The translations under genes were made by a program, and so were the position numbers. A stretch of 54,140 nt of DNA from a virus. Lineage: Duplodnaviria > Caudoviricetes. Shown piece after piece: positions 45,428 to 54,140 of the stretch (positions within the stretch are counted from its first letter, which is position 1; each line of letters starts with the position of its first letter). The stretch covers positions 1 to 54,140 of the IMG/VR virus record IMGVR_UViG_3300033489_000011. One strand, written 5' to 3'. The notes beneath the pieces were generated by a model that did no database searches, was not told where the DNA came from, and was given only the letters and a program-made list of their open reading frames with translations.

Positions 45428-48097
45428 ATGGCCGACGTAAGCAAAACCGTCGAGATCATCTTTGGCGCGAAAAACGACGTCTCCAGGACCATCGATGAAA
45501 TAAGCCGGAAGTTCGGCGACTTCGACAATATGGCCGGCAAGATCGTCAATCCCTTGGCCGGCGTCGCCGATTCCGTGGTGAAAGTCGATGCTGTCCTGGC
45601 GGCCCTCGCCATCGGCGGCCTCGCTTTGGCAATAAAAGCGTCGGGGGATTTCAGCGGCAAGTTCGGCGAGATCACGACGCTCATCAGCGATACGGGCGAG
45701 CCGATCGACAGGCTGCGCCAGGACATCCTCGAGTACGCAGTTGATTCCACAAAGGGCATCGGGGAAATCAACCAGGCCATTTATGCCAGCATTTCCGCCG
45801 GCGTGAAATACGGGGATGCGATTCAGTTTGTTAACCAGGCGGAAAAACTCGCCACTGCCGGTCGCGCCGATCTGGGCGCCACGACGACGGCCCTCATTTC
45901 CACCCTGAATGCCTACGGCGCCAGCACGGACCAGGCCACGAAATACTCGGATGTCATGTTCCAGACGGTCCGTCTCGGCCAGACGACGATGGAGGCTCTC
46001 GGTCCACAGCTCGCCAAGGTCACCGGGTTGGCGGCAAATGCGGGCGTTCCGTTTGAAACTCTTTCAGCGGCCGTGGCCGCGCTCACCGTTGCCGGACTCC
46101 CGACCGAGCAGGCATTGACCGGGATTAAGGCGATCCTGCAGAACATCATCAAGCCGACTTCCGAGGCCGAGAAGATGGCGGCTTCGCTTGGGATACAGTT
46201 CAATGCGACCGCCCTGCAGACCAAGGGCTTCGAGGGCGTCCTCTGGGACGCCTACCGGGCGACCGGCGGAAGCACGGAGAAGATGGCGCAACTGTTCGGG
46301 TCGGTGGAAGGCCTGAACGCCGTCCTGGTCCTGGCCTCGGACAAGACGGGGAACTTCAAGAATGCCCTGGGTGAGATGCAAAACGCGGCGGGCGCGACGG
46401 AGACGGCTTACGACAAGGTCGCCGGCGCGTTCGAGAACGTCAACCAGCGCGTGGTGAACTCCTTCCAGGTCATGCTCATCGACATCGGGGATCGGCTCAT
46501 GCCGCGATACGGCGAGATGGCCGGGGCGATGGGCGATATTCTGAAAGGGATCAAGGTCGGCGTCGACTCCGGTGCGTTCGATCCGCTGTTCGCCTACCTG
46601 GACGAAGTTGGGGCGAGCATCGCTTTATGGATGAAGGGCGTTGCCGAAGCCATGCCGGAGGCCCTGCAGATGCTGGATTACTCTGCCCTGATCCAGGCGT
46701 TCAGGGACCTGGGGGCCGCCTTCGGAGAGTATTTCGGCGAGCTGGATTTGACCAAGGCGGAAGACCTTGCCGCCGCCATGCAGCTCCTGATCGACATCGG
46801 GACCGGCCTTGTCCGGGTGACCACCGGCATGGTGGAGGCGTTCCGTCCCTTCGCGAGCGTGATCGCCGATTTCTTCATCCAGGTAGGGCGCGGCGACAAG
46901 GAAACCCAGGAAACCCTCGGGAAGGTCATTCTGTTCGCTGCAGCGATACGGGACGCCGGATGGGCGGTCGTTGCCACGATCCTGGCGATCGACGAATTCG
47001 CCATCAGCATGAGGGGGCTTTTCAACGTCATCGGCGGCGGCGTTCAGCTTCTTTGGAACGGCTTCACGATTCTTCTGGAGGGGATCAAGGGCGGCCTCGT
47101 CATCATCGCCGGCGGTTTCGTCGAGCTTCTGGATTACATGACGTTCGGGATGTTCCCCGGCCTTGATGCCATGCGGGAAAAACTGACCGCATGGGGCAAG
47201 ACGATCAGCTTTGAGCAGGACGCCGAGGACGCGCGCCGCGGCCTGTTCAGGATGATGGAGGGGTTCGTCGAGCTGGGGACCGGCGCCGGAACGGCGACGA
47301 CCAAGACCGAGCAGCTCAAGGCGGCGCTCCGCGACACGCCGCCCGTCGTCAAGACCGAGTTCAAAGCCGAGAACCTGGATGTCTCCGCCAGGGCGGTCGA
47401 TGAGTTCAAGGGTAAAATCGCGACCATCCCCGAAAAAACGACGACGACCGTCGAGGTCCTCGCGGACGGGACGAAGATCGAGACGACGAAGGACATGATT
47501 TACAAGACCTTCCCTGACGGGCAGCTCCTCATCACGAACATCGGCACCCAGGCGGACGCGGCGAAGCTCGCGGAGACGAAGAAGAAGATCGACGATGCGG
47601 TGCCCGCCTCGAAGGTCATGGAGATTCAGGCGAAAATCGATGAGGCCCGCCTGAAGGAATCCTCCGCGATCGTCCAGAAATCCATCGAATGGAAGGCAAA
47701 GATCGACATCGCCCAGATCGAGGCCTCGGCGAAGGTCATCACCGCGACGTTCGCCTCCATCGACAATACCGTGACCTCGACAGGCAACACAATCTCTTCG
47801 ATGCTTGGTTCGTATGAACAGGCCCTTGGGAGGGGCGGAACGACATTCATCGAAAGCCAGATCGTGGAGGAAGGCCGGCGCAGGGATGCGGCGCTCCTGC
47901 TGCAAAAGGATATGACCGAAGCCCAGGTCGCCCTCATCAAGCAGCAGACGGAATCGCTCAAGGCCGGAAATGCGATGATCCAGATCGACGGGAAGGGCCT
48001 GCAACCGCACCTCGAAGCGTTCATGTTCGAAATCCTCGCGGCGATCCAGGTGAAGGCCAATGCAGAAGGCATGAAGTTCTTAGTAGGAGCGACTTAA
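45428..48097 (+). CDS. Tape measure protein (TP901-type core)
   Basis: 889 aa, Ala-rich helical; TVRLGQTT..L..L..V..AA..GV..E.L.AA.A.LT. Confidence 0.9.
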   Translation: MADVSKTVEIIFGAKNDVSRTIDEISRKFGDFDNMAGKIVNPLAGVADSVVKVDAVLAALAIGGLALAIKASGDFSGKFGEITTLISDTGEPIDRLRQDILEYAVDSTKGIGEINQAIYASISAGVKYGDAIQFVNQAEKLATAGRADLGATTTALISTLNAYGASTDQATKYSDVMFQTVRLGQTTMEALGPQLAKVTGLAANAGVPFETLSAAVAALTVAGLPTEQALTGIKAILQNIIKPTSEAEKMAASLGIQFNATALQTKGFEGVLWDAYRATGGSTEKMAQLFGSVEGLNAVLVLASDKTGNFKNALGEMQNAAGATETAYDKVAGAFENVNQRVVNSFQVMLIDIGDRLMPRYGEMAGAMGDILKGIKVGVDSGAFDPLFAYLDEVGASIALWMKGVAEAMPEALQMLDYSALIQAFRDLGAAFGEYFGELDLTKAEDLAAAMQLLIDIGTGLVRVTTGMVEAFRPFASVIADFFIQVGRGDKETQETLGKVILFAAAIRDAGWAVVATILAIDEFAISMRGLFNVIGGGVQLLWNGFTILLEGIKGGLVIIAGGFVELLDYMTFGMFPGLDAMREKLTAWGKTISFEQDAEDARRGLFRMMEGFVELGTGAGTATTKTEQLKAALRDTPPVVKTEFKAENLDVSARAVDEFKGKIATIPEKTTTTVEVLADGTKIETTKDMIYKTFPDGQLLITNIGTQADAAKLAETKKKIDDAVPASKVMEIQAKIDEARLKESSAIVQKSIEWKAKIDIAQIEASAKVITATFASIDNTVTSTGNTISSMLGSYEQALGRGGTTFIESQIVEEGRRRDAALLLQKDMTEAQVALIKQQTESLKAGNAMIQIDGKGLQPHLEAFMFEILAAIQVKANAEGMKFLVGAT

Positions 48098-48098
48098 A

Positions 48099-48458
48099 AT
48101 GATAGGCGTGGCCTCAATCATATTTGACGTTTCGGGCGCCAGGATGTTTCGGGCGAAGGACCCGATAAAAGAGTTTGATAACCGGAGGGGCTCCCGCCGG
48201 GTAACCAGAACGGCCACCCTCGATGGCGGCGTCGCTGTTTCCGATCTCGGTTATTCCGATGGCGATCGGGACATCAACATCAAAGAACCGGAAGCCTCGC
48301 TCGACTCCGTCGATTTCGCCCGGTACATCGTGGAAACGTACAACCGGGTCACGATCACGACGCCGGACGGGGCCTACGAAGCCGCGCCGGATGGATACGA
48401 TGTCACGGACGGCGCTTTGACGCTGAGATTGCTCATAACGGAAAAGATATCAGATTAA
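48099..48458 (+). CDS. Distal tail protein-like
   Basis: Follows TMP; RRVTRTATLDGG. Confidence 0.65.
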   Translation: MIGVASIIFDVSGARMFRAKDPIKEFDNRRGSRRVTRTATLDGGVAVSDLGYSDGDRDINIKEPEASLDSVDFARYIVETYNRVTITTPDGAYEAAPDGYDVTDGALTLRLLITEKISD

Positions 48459-48468
48459 GGAGGATCAA

Positions 48469-48930
48469 ATGGCTGCATCATTTACGCTTTACAGTTCCTT
48501 TCGCAAGTATGTAATGAATGGGACGATAAACCTCGAATCGGACACTCTCAAGCTTGCGCTGGTTGATTCGGATTATTCTCCAAGCATTGCTCACGATGTC
48601 CTTGCGGATGTCATTTTCTCACCGAGCAATGAAGTTCCACAAGTCGATAGCCCTGACAACGGTTATACGACAGGCGGGGCAGAGGTTACGGGCAAGACGG
48701 TGACGAACACCGATTCACCATCGCAAGGTATTTTCGACGGAACAGATACCGAATGGGCCGCGCTCACGGCGACGTTCCGGTACGGAATCCTCTATGCCGT
48801 GAAAACTGTCAGCCCCATTGTGAACCCGCTGATCGGTTATATCCTTTTTGATACGACTCCGGATGATATTGTCCTTGACGGCTCAAAGTTCACGGTGCAA
48901 TGGAACACAGGCGGCATCATTACTTCCTAA
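48469..48930 (+). CDS. Virion protein
   Basis: GTINLESDTLKLALV..NGYTTGG..LIGYILF..G..FTVQWN..GI. Confidence 0.65.
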   Translation: MAASFTLYSSFRKYVMNGTINLESDTLKLALVDSDYSPSIAHDVLADVIFSPSNEVPQVDSPDNGYTTGGAEVTGKTVTNTDSPSQGIFDGTDTEWAALTATFRYGILYAVKTVSPIVNPLIGYILFDTTPDDIVLDGSKFTVQWNTGGIITS

Positions 48931-48948
48931 AGGGGCGAAGGATGAACG

Positions 48949-49410
48949 ATGGCGCGAATATGGATAAGTCGCAAAGACAAGATATTTCACCTTTCTGGCG
49001 AAGTCGCCTCATGGGATGGCGATTATAACACCCCTGCAACCGCGATCCTTGTTGAAAGCGTGACAAGGAAAAGCGGTGTCCTGCTTGAAATCAAGACCGA
49101 CAACGATATTCTGACGCTCGATGTCACCCCGAAAGGCAGAACGGGGGGGTGCATCCAATGCGGTCAATGCTGTTCGCACCGGCGAGAGGATTGCCCGCAT
49201 AAGGCGCACTGCGATTATAAGCAAATCGGCAAATACCATGTCTGTGAATATCTGATCGAGTATCCCCGGAACGGAGGAATAGGGAAACCCGGAGGCGCGG
49301 CTTGCGCCATTCGGGACCGGATTTTAATTGAAGGCCGCAGAGATTGCCTTTATAACCCATCTGATAATAAATGGCTTGAACCGGCTTGCGGAATGAGGTT
49401 TGAAGAGTGA
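48949..49410 (+). CDS. Cys-cluster protein (YkgJ-like, possible Fe-S or Zn)
   Basis: CIQCGQCC..C..C..C..CAI..C..P..CG. Confidence 0.65.
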   Translation: MARIWISRKDKIFHLSGEVASWDGDYNTPATAILVESVTRKSGVLLEIKTDNDILTLDVTPKGRTGGCIQCGQCCSHRREDCPHKAHCDYKQIGKYHVCEYLIEYPRNGGIGKPGGAACAIRDRILIEGRRDCLYNPSDNKWLEPACGMRFEE

Positions 49411-52400
49411 CTACACGGCTGAGGGACATTGCGGGAACACCCCCTGTCACGCCAGCGGGTTACGATTCCAACTGGGAATATGCTGCATCTTTTACTCAAT
49501 TTTATAGAAATCTGACGCTTACCGCAGATGTCGGGCTCAATCAAGTTCAGCAATACCATTATGCGTCATATTCCGCTGAAACAGACGTGGTTTATAATGT
49601 GAGGATCTCAGACCCCATAGCGACACAAACCATATCGGGAACCGTTAAATTTATGCTGAGGGGATATGAAAGTGCCGACACAGAGGACGCATACTTCGCT
49701 GTCAAAATTTATGTGATGAAACCTGACGGAACCTCTCGCGGGGTTCTACTTGCCTTCACGGTTGATGATGTTGAAGTGGCTACATCGTATTGCCGTCGAG
49801 TTGTTTTGGCGTCAGTATCATTATCATCAGTCAACGCAGTTTCCGGGGATCGTATAGTTATTGAAAGCGGGCTTCGTCATCTCTATTCCAAAAAAGCGAG
49901 GGTTTGCGCGACGACGACGACGACCGCTAATAATTCTGCTGGCGCAGATCTCCCTGAGTCAGACGGTGCAGACTCGGATTCCGTTGCCCGTTCCTGGGTT
50001 GAGTTTTCTCAGGACATAAATTGGTATGAGCCGCCGTCAGATGTCCTTATCGAAGTCCCATCTGCGAGCGTTACCATGACAACCCACGCGCCGATAATGC
50101 CGGTGAATATTTCGGTTCCTGCCGCAACGGTGACGATGATCGGCCTCACGCCCACTTATCAAACGGCGCAACAATATACAGCCGTAATCCCTATCGCGAT
50201 AATGACGCTCACCCCTCAGGGGCCGACAATTATTACTGGCAAAGACAAGTGGCGGAAGGAAATCAACATCCTCTGCCATGTCCTATCCGCGACCAGCGGG
50301 AACAGCGCAACCTCAAACGAGATTATAGAACTCGATCCTTTTTGGTATTATGAGGGGAAATTTTATTTCGAGATCGTCGGCTACACTTCGACGAGCCTTG
50401 CCGTTGACATCACGCTTCGCCGCAAAGGAACCAGTACCGATGACGCAACCTGCTCGATCCCGGCGGGGACGACGGCGCCGAGGGTGTTTCGATCAACCGC
50501 CTTCACGCCGCCCGAGGCTTCGACGGAATACGTTGTTTATATTCCTAACACAACTGGGGCGACGAAGTACGCCGTATCGGCGCGGATCGTCATTGTGCAA
50601 GAGGCTACTACGATTGAACGGACTGAGAATCAGATCGAAATAGGAAACTATGAAACGGGGAAAAATAACATCACAACGCCTGCACCGCTTAACTATCCGA
50701 AATATATGGAGGTCGATTTTACTAAACACCCATCAGCAGGGCGCTTCCTTATGGAAGTCGTCTATAAGGTGGAATCAGGGGCGACGGTGACGATTGATCT
50801 CCAAAAGGATGATGGGGCTTTCGGCAGCTGGCAGATCGCGTGTAATCTCCTGACTGGCGGAAATGCCACTACGCCAACGCGGGTGCGGCCGCCGAACCCG
50901 TCGATGGGCGGGGTTTTGCTCGCGCCCAGGCCCGGCAAGCATTACCGGATCGCGGCTTACATTTCTGACTCAGGCAAGACCTACGATATTTACTGCGCGA
51001 AAATCATCTGGCGGCAAGGGGATTTCGGACAGCGCGCCATTTTGACCAACGATTATTATTACAGTACTTTTGGCTCCCGGATGTCACTTGACGGTGCGGT
51101 TATCTATTGCAGTTGCTCATACGGAACCCTGTCCGCGGGTTTTGTCTCAACTGACTACGGGAATACCTGGGTACAACAGATGGTGAATGAATATCTCTAC
51201 GCCGTCGCTGCCTTGTGCGGGAGCGACAACGGGCGATACAGGTATGCAAGATTCTACTCGGGTTCCGTGCCCGGTTTTTATCGCTCAGATGATTACGGCG
51301 AAACTTGGACGCTGACAGCCGGCCCGACAAACATAACTCGAATGTGGTGTAGCCGCGACGGGCAATACCTTATTGCTTCGAATTATTATAACTACAACTA
51401 CGCTATTCACAGATCTGTCGATTACGGGGCTACATGGGATTCGCCGATCGTCGCTGCCGGTGGCTACTTTAGTTCGCTCTATGTAGGCCATGAATGCCAA
51501 CATATCTTGTATTCGCGGGGAACGGCGTTCAAGCGCTCGGACGATTACGGGGATACTTGGTCAGATGTGACAGGGCCGCCGGATGAACCTACCCCTTTCT
51601 TTATTTACGCAATGTCACAGAGGAACCCCGCTTTGATGTATGGGCGAACGGGAGATTATACGGCGCAGTATGAACAATGGTTTTCTGACGACTACGGCGA
51701 TTCATGGACTCAATGGGAATTGCCGGGAACATGGACGTCATGGAGGGACATCGGATTTTGCGGACCAAACGATGAACTATGGGCTTCATGGCTGGACAGC
51801 GCCGCAAGCCCCTGGGCGTACGGCATGGAGAAGTCAACAGATGGAGGGCAAACCTGGAATGATGCGCTTGATCCTCATTATGGCGATATAATCAGCGAGG
51901 AAGGAGAGTATGCCATCCCTCAAATAAGTGATGATGAAAATACATATTTCTTCGGCTTAGAGGGTGACGCAGACCGGTTTGTCATGCTCCGCAAGAAGAT
52001 ATTCAAAACGGAAAGCGAATATCTTTTAGAGAATACCTATAATAACAGCGCTGGGCTGGCAAACCATGACGCGAAATGGGAGCCTGACGACTGGGTGCTT
52101 GCCTGTGTGTCGCTGAGTCATGTTATTGATGCGTCCGCTGACACAGGCGACAGCGCAAAACTGCAAACCGATCCCAACGGAACCCCGGCAGACATCACGG
52201 GGTCAACGGCAACGGGGGCTGACAGGACTGAGAGTGGTTCTTTTACGGCTCCAGAAACGGCGCAAACCATTGATACCTACGTTCTCGACGCACCCATATA
52301 TGCAAGCCGCCTGCTCGCCTTTTATGAGAGGCGGGTGCCGTATGCGGTAGAAGTGGCAGACATGACACTGACGGCACTTGTCCCGATCATTTACCCCTTG

Positions 52401-53096
52401 AAGATGCCAGTTCCTTCAGCAGCCCTCAACCTTGCAACGAAAGTGCCGGGGTATTATATACCGCCGCCGGTAGTAATTACACTCCCCGCTGCCGTAATGC
52501 CGCTTGTAACGAAACTCATCCATTACTCGTGGGATTTGGCAGCGAAGGACGCGATGACGGCGAGCAAGATTTACAAGTGTATTCTGACCGGGGAGGCCGA
52601 TGAACTTGATGACTTAATTCTGCCGATCTCATATCTAAGCGCAAGTCTGACAGAGGCCAGCAATTCGTATGTTATGGTAATCGTTCCTGCTGTCATAGAA
52701 TATGAAGATGCGATTCTGGCAAGGCCGAATGGGAATATTGAGATATATGTAGGCTATCGCAGGGATGACGGCTCAGAAGTAATCGATAAGATTATTGACC
52801 TTCCTCTGGATTCTGTTTCGCGTCAGCGCGGAGGTAGGCGCGAGTCGATAACTCTGAGGGGACATGGAACGATTGCCGCCACCACCATGAAGGAAAGAAC
52901 CGCTGTCAATGTGACTTCTGTCATCAAGCAGCACAACGGCAAGCGGGTCGTGACCGCCGACATCGACTTCTTTCTGCGATATAGGGACACCTTTATTTAT
53001 GGCGAAGGCGGGGATGACTATGTAATCGCGGGTGCGATTGGGTATGAGGCAGGGACAACCCCGGTCATATCGAAGATGACCGTAACGGAATTATGA
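49407..53096 (+). CDS. Large tail fibre/receptor-binding protein with BNR/Asp-box beta-propeller
   Basis: About six S-x-D-x-G-x-(T/S)-W repeats; C-terminal domain resembles the next ORF. Confidence 0.75.
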   Translation: MTTRLRDIAGTPPVTPAGYDSNWEYAASFTQFYRNLTLTADVGLNQVQQYHYASYSAETDVVYNVRISDPIATQTISGTVKFMLRGYESADTEDAYFAVKIYVMKPDGTSRGVLLAFTVDDVEVATSYCRRVVLASVSLSSVNAVSGDRIVIESGLRHLYSKKARVCATTTTTANNSAGADLPESDGADSDSVARSWVEFSQDINWYEPPSDVLIEVPSASVTMTTHAPIMPVNISVPAATVTMIGLTPTYQTAQQYTAVIPIAIMTLTPQGPTIITGKDKWRKEINILCHVLSATSGNSATSNEIIELDPFWYYEGKFYFEIVGYTSTSLAVDITLRRKGTSTDDATCSIPAGTTAPRVFRSTAFTPPEASTEYVVYIPNTTGATKYAVSARIVIVQEATTIERTENQIEIGNYETGKNNITTPAPLNYPKYMEVDFTKHPSAGRFLMEVVYKVESGATVTIDLQKDDGAFGSWQIACNLLTGGNATTPTRVRPPNPSMGGVLLAPRPGKHYRIAAYISDSGKTYDIYCAKIIWRQGDFGQRAILTNDYYYSTFGSRMSLDGAVIYCSCSYGTLSAGFVSTDYGNTWVQQMVNEYLYAVAALCGSDNGRYRYARFYSGSVPGFYRSDDYGETWTLTAGPTNITRMWCSRDGQYLIASNYYNYNYAIHRSVDYGATWDSPIVAAGGYFSSLYVGHECQHILYSRGTAFKRSDDYGDTWSDVTGPPDEPTPFFIYAMSQRNPALMYGRTGDYTAQYEQWFSDDYGDSWTQWELPGTWTSWRDIGFCGPNDELWASWLDSAASPWAYGMEKSTDGGQTWNDALDPHYGDIISEEGEYAIPQISDDENTYFFGLEGDADRFVMLRKKIFKTESEYLLENTYNNSAGLANHDAKWEPDDWVLACVSLSHVIDASADTGDSAKLQTDPNGTPADITGSTATGADRTESGSFTAPETAQTIDTYVLDAPIYASRLLAFYERRVPYAVEVADMTLTALVPIIYPLKMPVPSAALNLATKVPGYYIPPPVVITLPAAVMPLVTKLIHYSWDLAAKDAMTASKIYKCILTGEADELDDLILPISYLSASLTEASNSYVMVIVPAVIEYEDAILARPNGNIEIYVGYRRDDGSEVIDKIIDLPLDSVSRQRGGRRESITLRGHGTIAATTMKERTAVNVTSVIKQHNGKRVVTADIDFFLRYRDTFIYGEGGDDYVIAGAIGYEAGTTPVISKMTVTEL

Positions 53097-53105
53097 GGTA
53101 GGCAG

Positions 53106-53798
53106 ATGGCTGACCAGATGATTTACATACCAAGTGCCTCAGTGGGGATGACGGCGTTGACTCCGCAAGGTTTTCATTTCATCCCGGTATGCGACATGAC
53201 GCTTTTGCCGTTGAACCCTACCGGGGTAGTAGGCTTCTCAGCGGAAGAACTTGCCACGGCAAAGACAATCTTTCGGTGTTATGTCACGGGATCAGAGGAT
53301 GCCCTTGATGACCTTGAAATCCCGATTTCCATGTTCACGGCGCGAGTGCGCGAAGGCGATCCGTCATACCTTTCCTGTAAGGTTCCGTGCGGATCGACAT
53401 ATACCGAAGGGATAGAGTTGCGTCCTAATGGAGATATAATTATCAAGAGTGGATTGAGGTTTGCTGATGGGTCTGAATATCTTGAAGAAATAGTTCGTGT
53501 TAATTACGAAACGATGGCGACGGAGCGAACCGGGACATTGGACAATCTTGTTATCACAGGCCACAAGACACAGACGCTTGGGCAATCGAAGGAATGGCCT
53601 CTTGCGGGGATGAGTTATTATTCGGCAGATCAAACCGGCAGGCGAAGGCTTCGCGGGACCATTGATTTCCGGCTGCGGTGTGGCGATATTTGCATTTATG
53701 GGGATGAGACCGGGGAGAACATGATCGCAGGCGCGATAACTTATACCGTGACTGCAAAACCACCTGTTACGGTGATGGAGATTGAGGAAGCAGAATAA
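53106..53798 (+). CDS. Tail tip protein
   Basis: Similar to the C-terminal ~200 aa of the preceding fibre protein. Confidence 0.6.
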   Translation: MADQMIYIPSASVGMTALTPQGFHFIPVCDMTLLPLNPTGVVGFSAEELATAKTIFRCYVTGSEDALDDLEIPISMFTARVREGDPSYLSCKVPCGSTYTEGIELRPNGDIIIKSGLRFADGSEYLEEIVRVNYETMATERTGTLDNLVITGHKTQTLGQSKEWPLAGMSYYSADQTGRRRLRGTIDFRLRCGDICIYGDETGENMIAGAITYTVTAKPPVTVMEIEEAE

Positions 53799-54140
53799 TG
53801 GGAAGGGCGAAGATCATCGCCGGTGGTGACGCTACCATTGGGAAATACAATATTGAGATAATCAAGGAACCCGGCAAATCCGTGGCTCGCTTGAAGGAGA
53901 TAGCCAAGTTAATAGCGACCCTGACCTCTCAAATAACGGCGGCTGAAGATGCCGTCACGTCAGCGGCACAAGCCCTCAATGCGGCTCTCGATAAACTCAA
54001 TATGGCGATCTCTCAAATGAAACCCGGAGGGAAACCCGACCCGGTAGTGGCAATTCCTCATTGGGCGAATGACGGCAATGGGACCGTGGCTGATTGCGAA
54101 GTTGACACGGATACTCAGATCGGCAATTATGATCTGACCT
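53798..54140 (+). CDS. Distal tail protein, N-terminal part (continues at position 1)
   Basis: MGRAKIIAGG..GKYNIEI plus coiled coil; TAATG coupling. Confidence 0.75.
   Translation, partial: MGRAKIIAGGDATIGKYNIEIIKEPGKSVARLKEIAKLIATLTSQITAAEDAVTSAAQALNAALDKLNMAISQMKPGGKPDPVVAIPHWANDGNGTVADCEVDTDTQIGNYDLT
53979..54140. repeat. Terminal direct repeat (right copy)
   Basis: Matches 1..162 with one mismatch. Confidence 0.95.

Noticed and set aside
10295-48072. Long antisense ORFs (e.g. 10295..11149, 16130..17362, 27590..28609, 46625..48010)
   Set aside because: Shadows of GC3-rich sense genes with no recognisable motifs or RBS

Overview
The window is an apparently complete, circularly assembled (~53,978 bp; 162-bp terminal overlap) temperate, lambda-like siphovirus of a diderm host (host not identifiable from sequence alone). 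Gene order: distal tail genes, att region and tyrosine integrase, CI/Cro/CII-like immunity region, small early genes, a lambda-like cos candidate, D5-type helicase and primase, terS, a phage-encoded DnaN beta clamp, terL, an ~8.5-kb accessory island (putative DNA-modification pair, J-domain, ParB proteins), head genes, extra virion genes with a glycosyltransferase/methyltransferase cassette, tail tube, frameshifted tail chaperone, lysis genes, tape measure and tail tip/fibre. Most striking unexplained signals: (1) 13 copies of a 25-bp palindrome GGGGACAGATTT-N-AAATCTGTCCCC found only in the head-to-tail-chaperone region, mostly at gene junctions, with some copies translated in frame; (2) a duplicated 107-nt structured RNA with compensatory base changes, each copy bracketed by the palindrome and placed before the major capsid gene and the tail tube gene; (3) two tandem attP-like cassettes carrying 3' halves of two different tRNAs (Lys-UUU, Arg-CCU); (4) a 43-bp double-hairpin duplication that frameshifts the putative DNA-modification gene; (5) a putative virion-glycosylation cassette with Ser-Pro enrichment in several structural proteins; (6) an inverted, diverged 91-bp copy of part of the phage dnaN. 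All functional calls rest on motif recognition by eye; no database searches were run.
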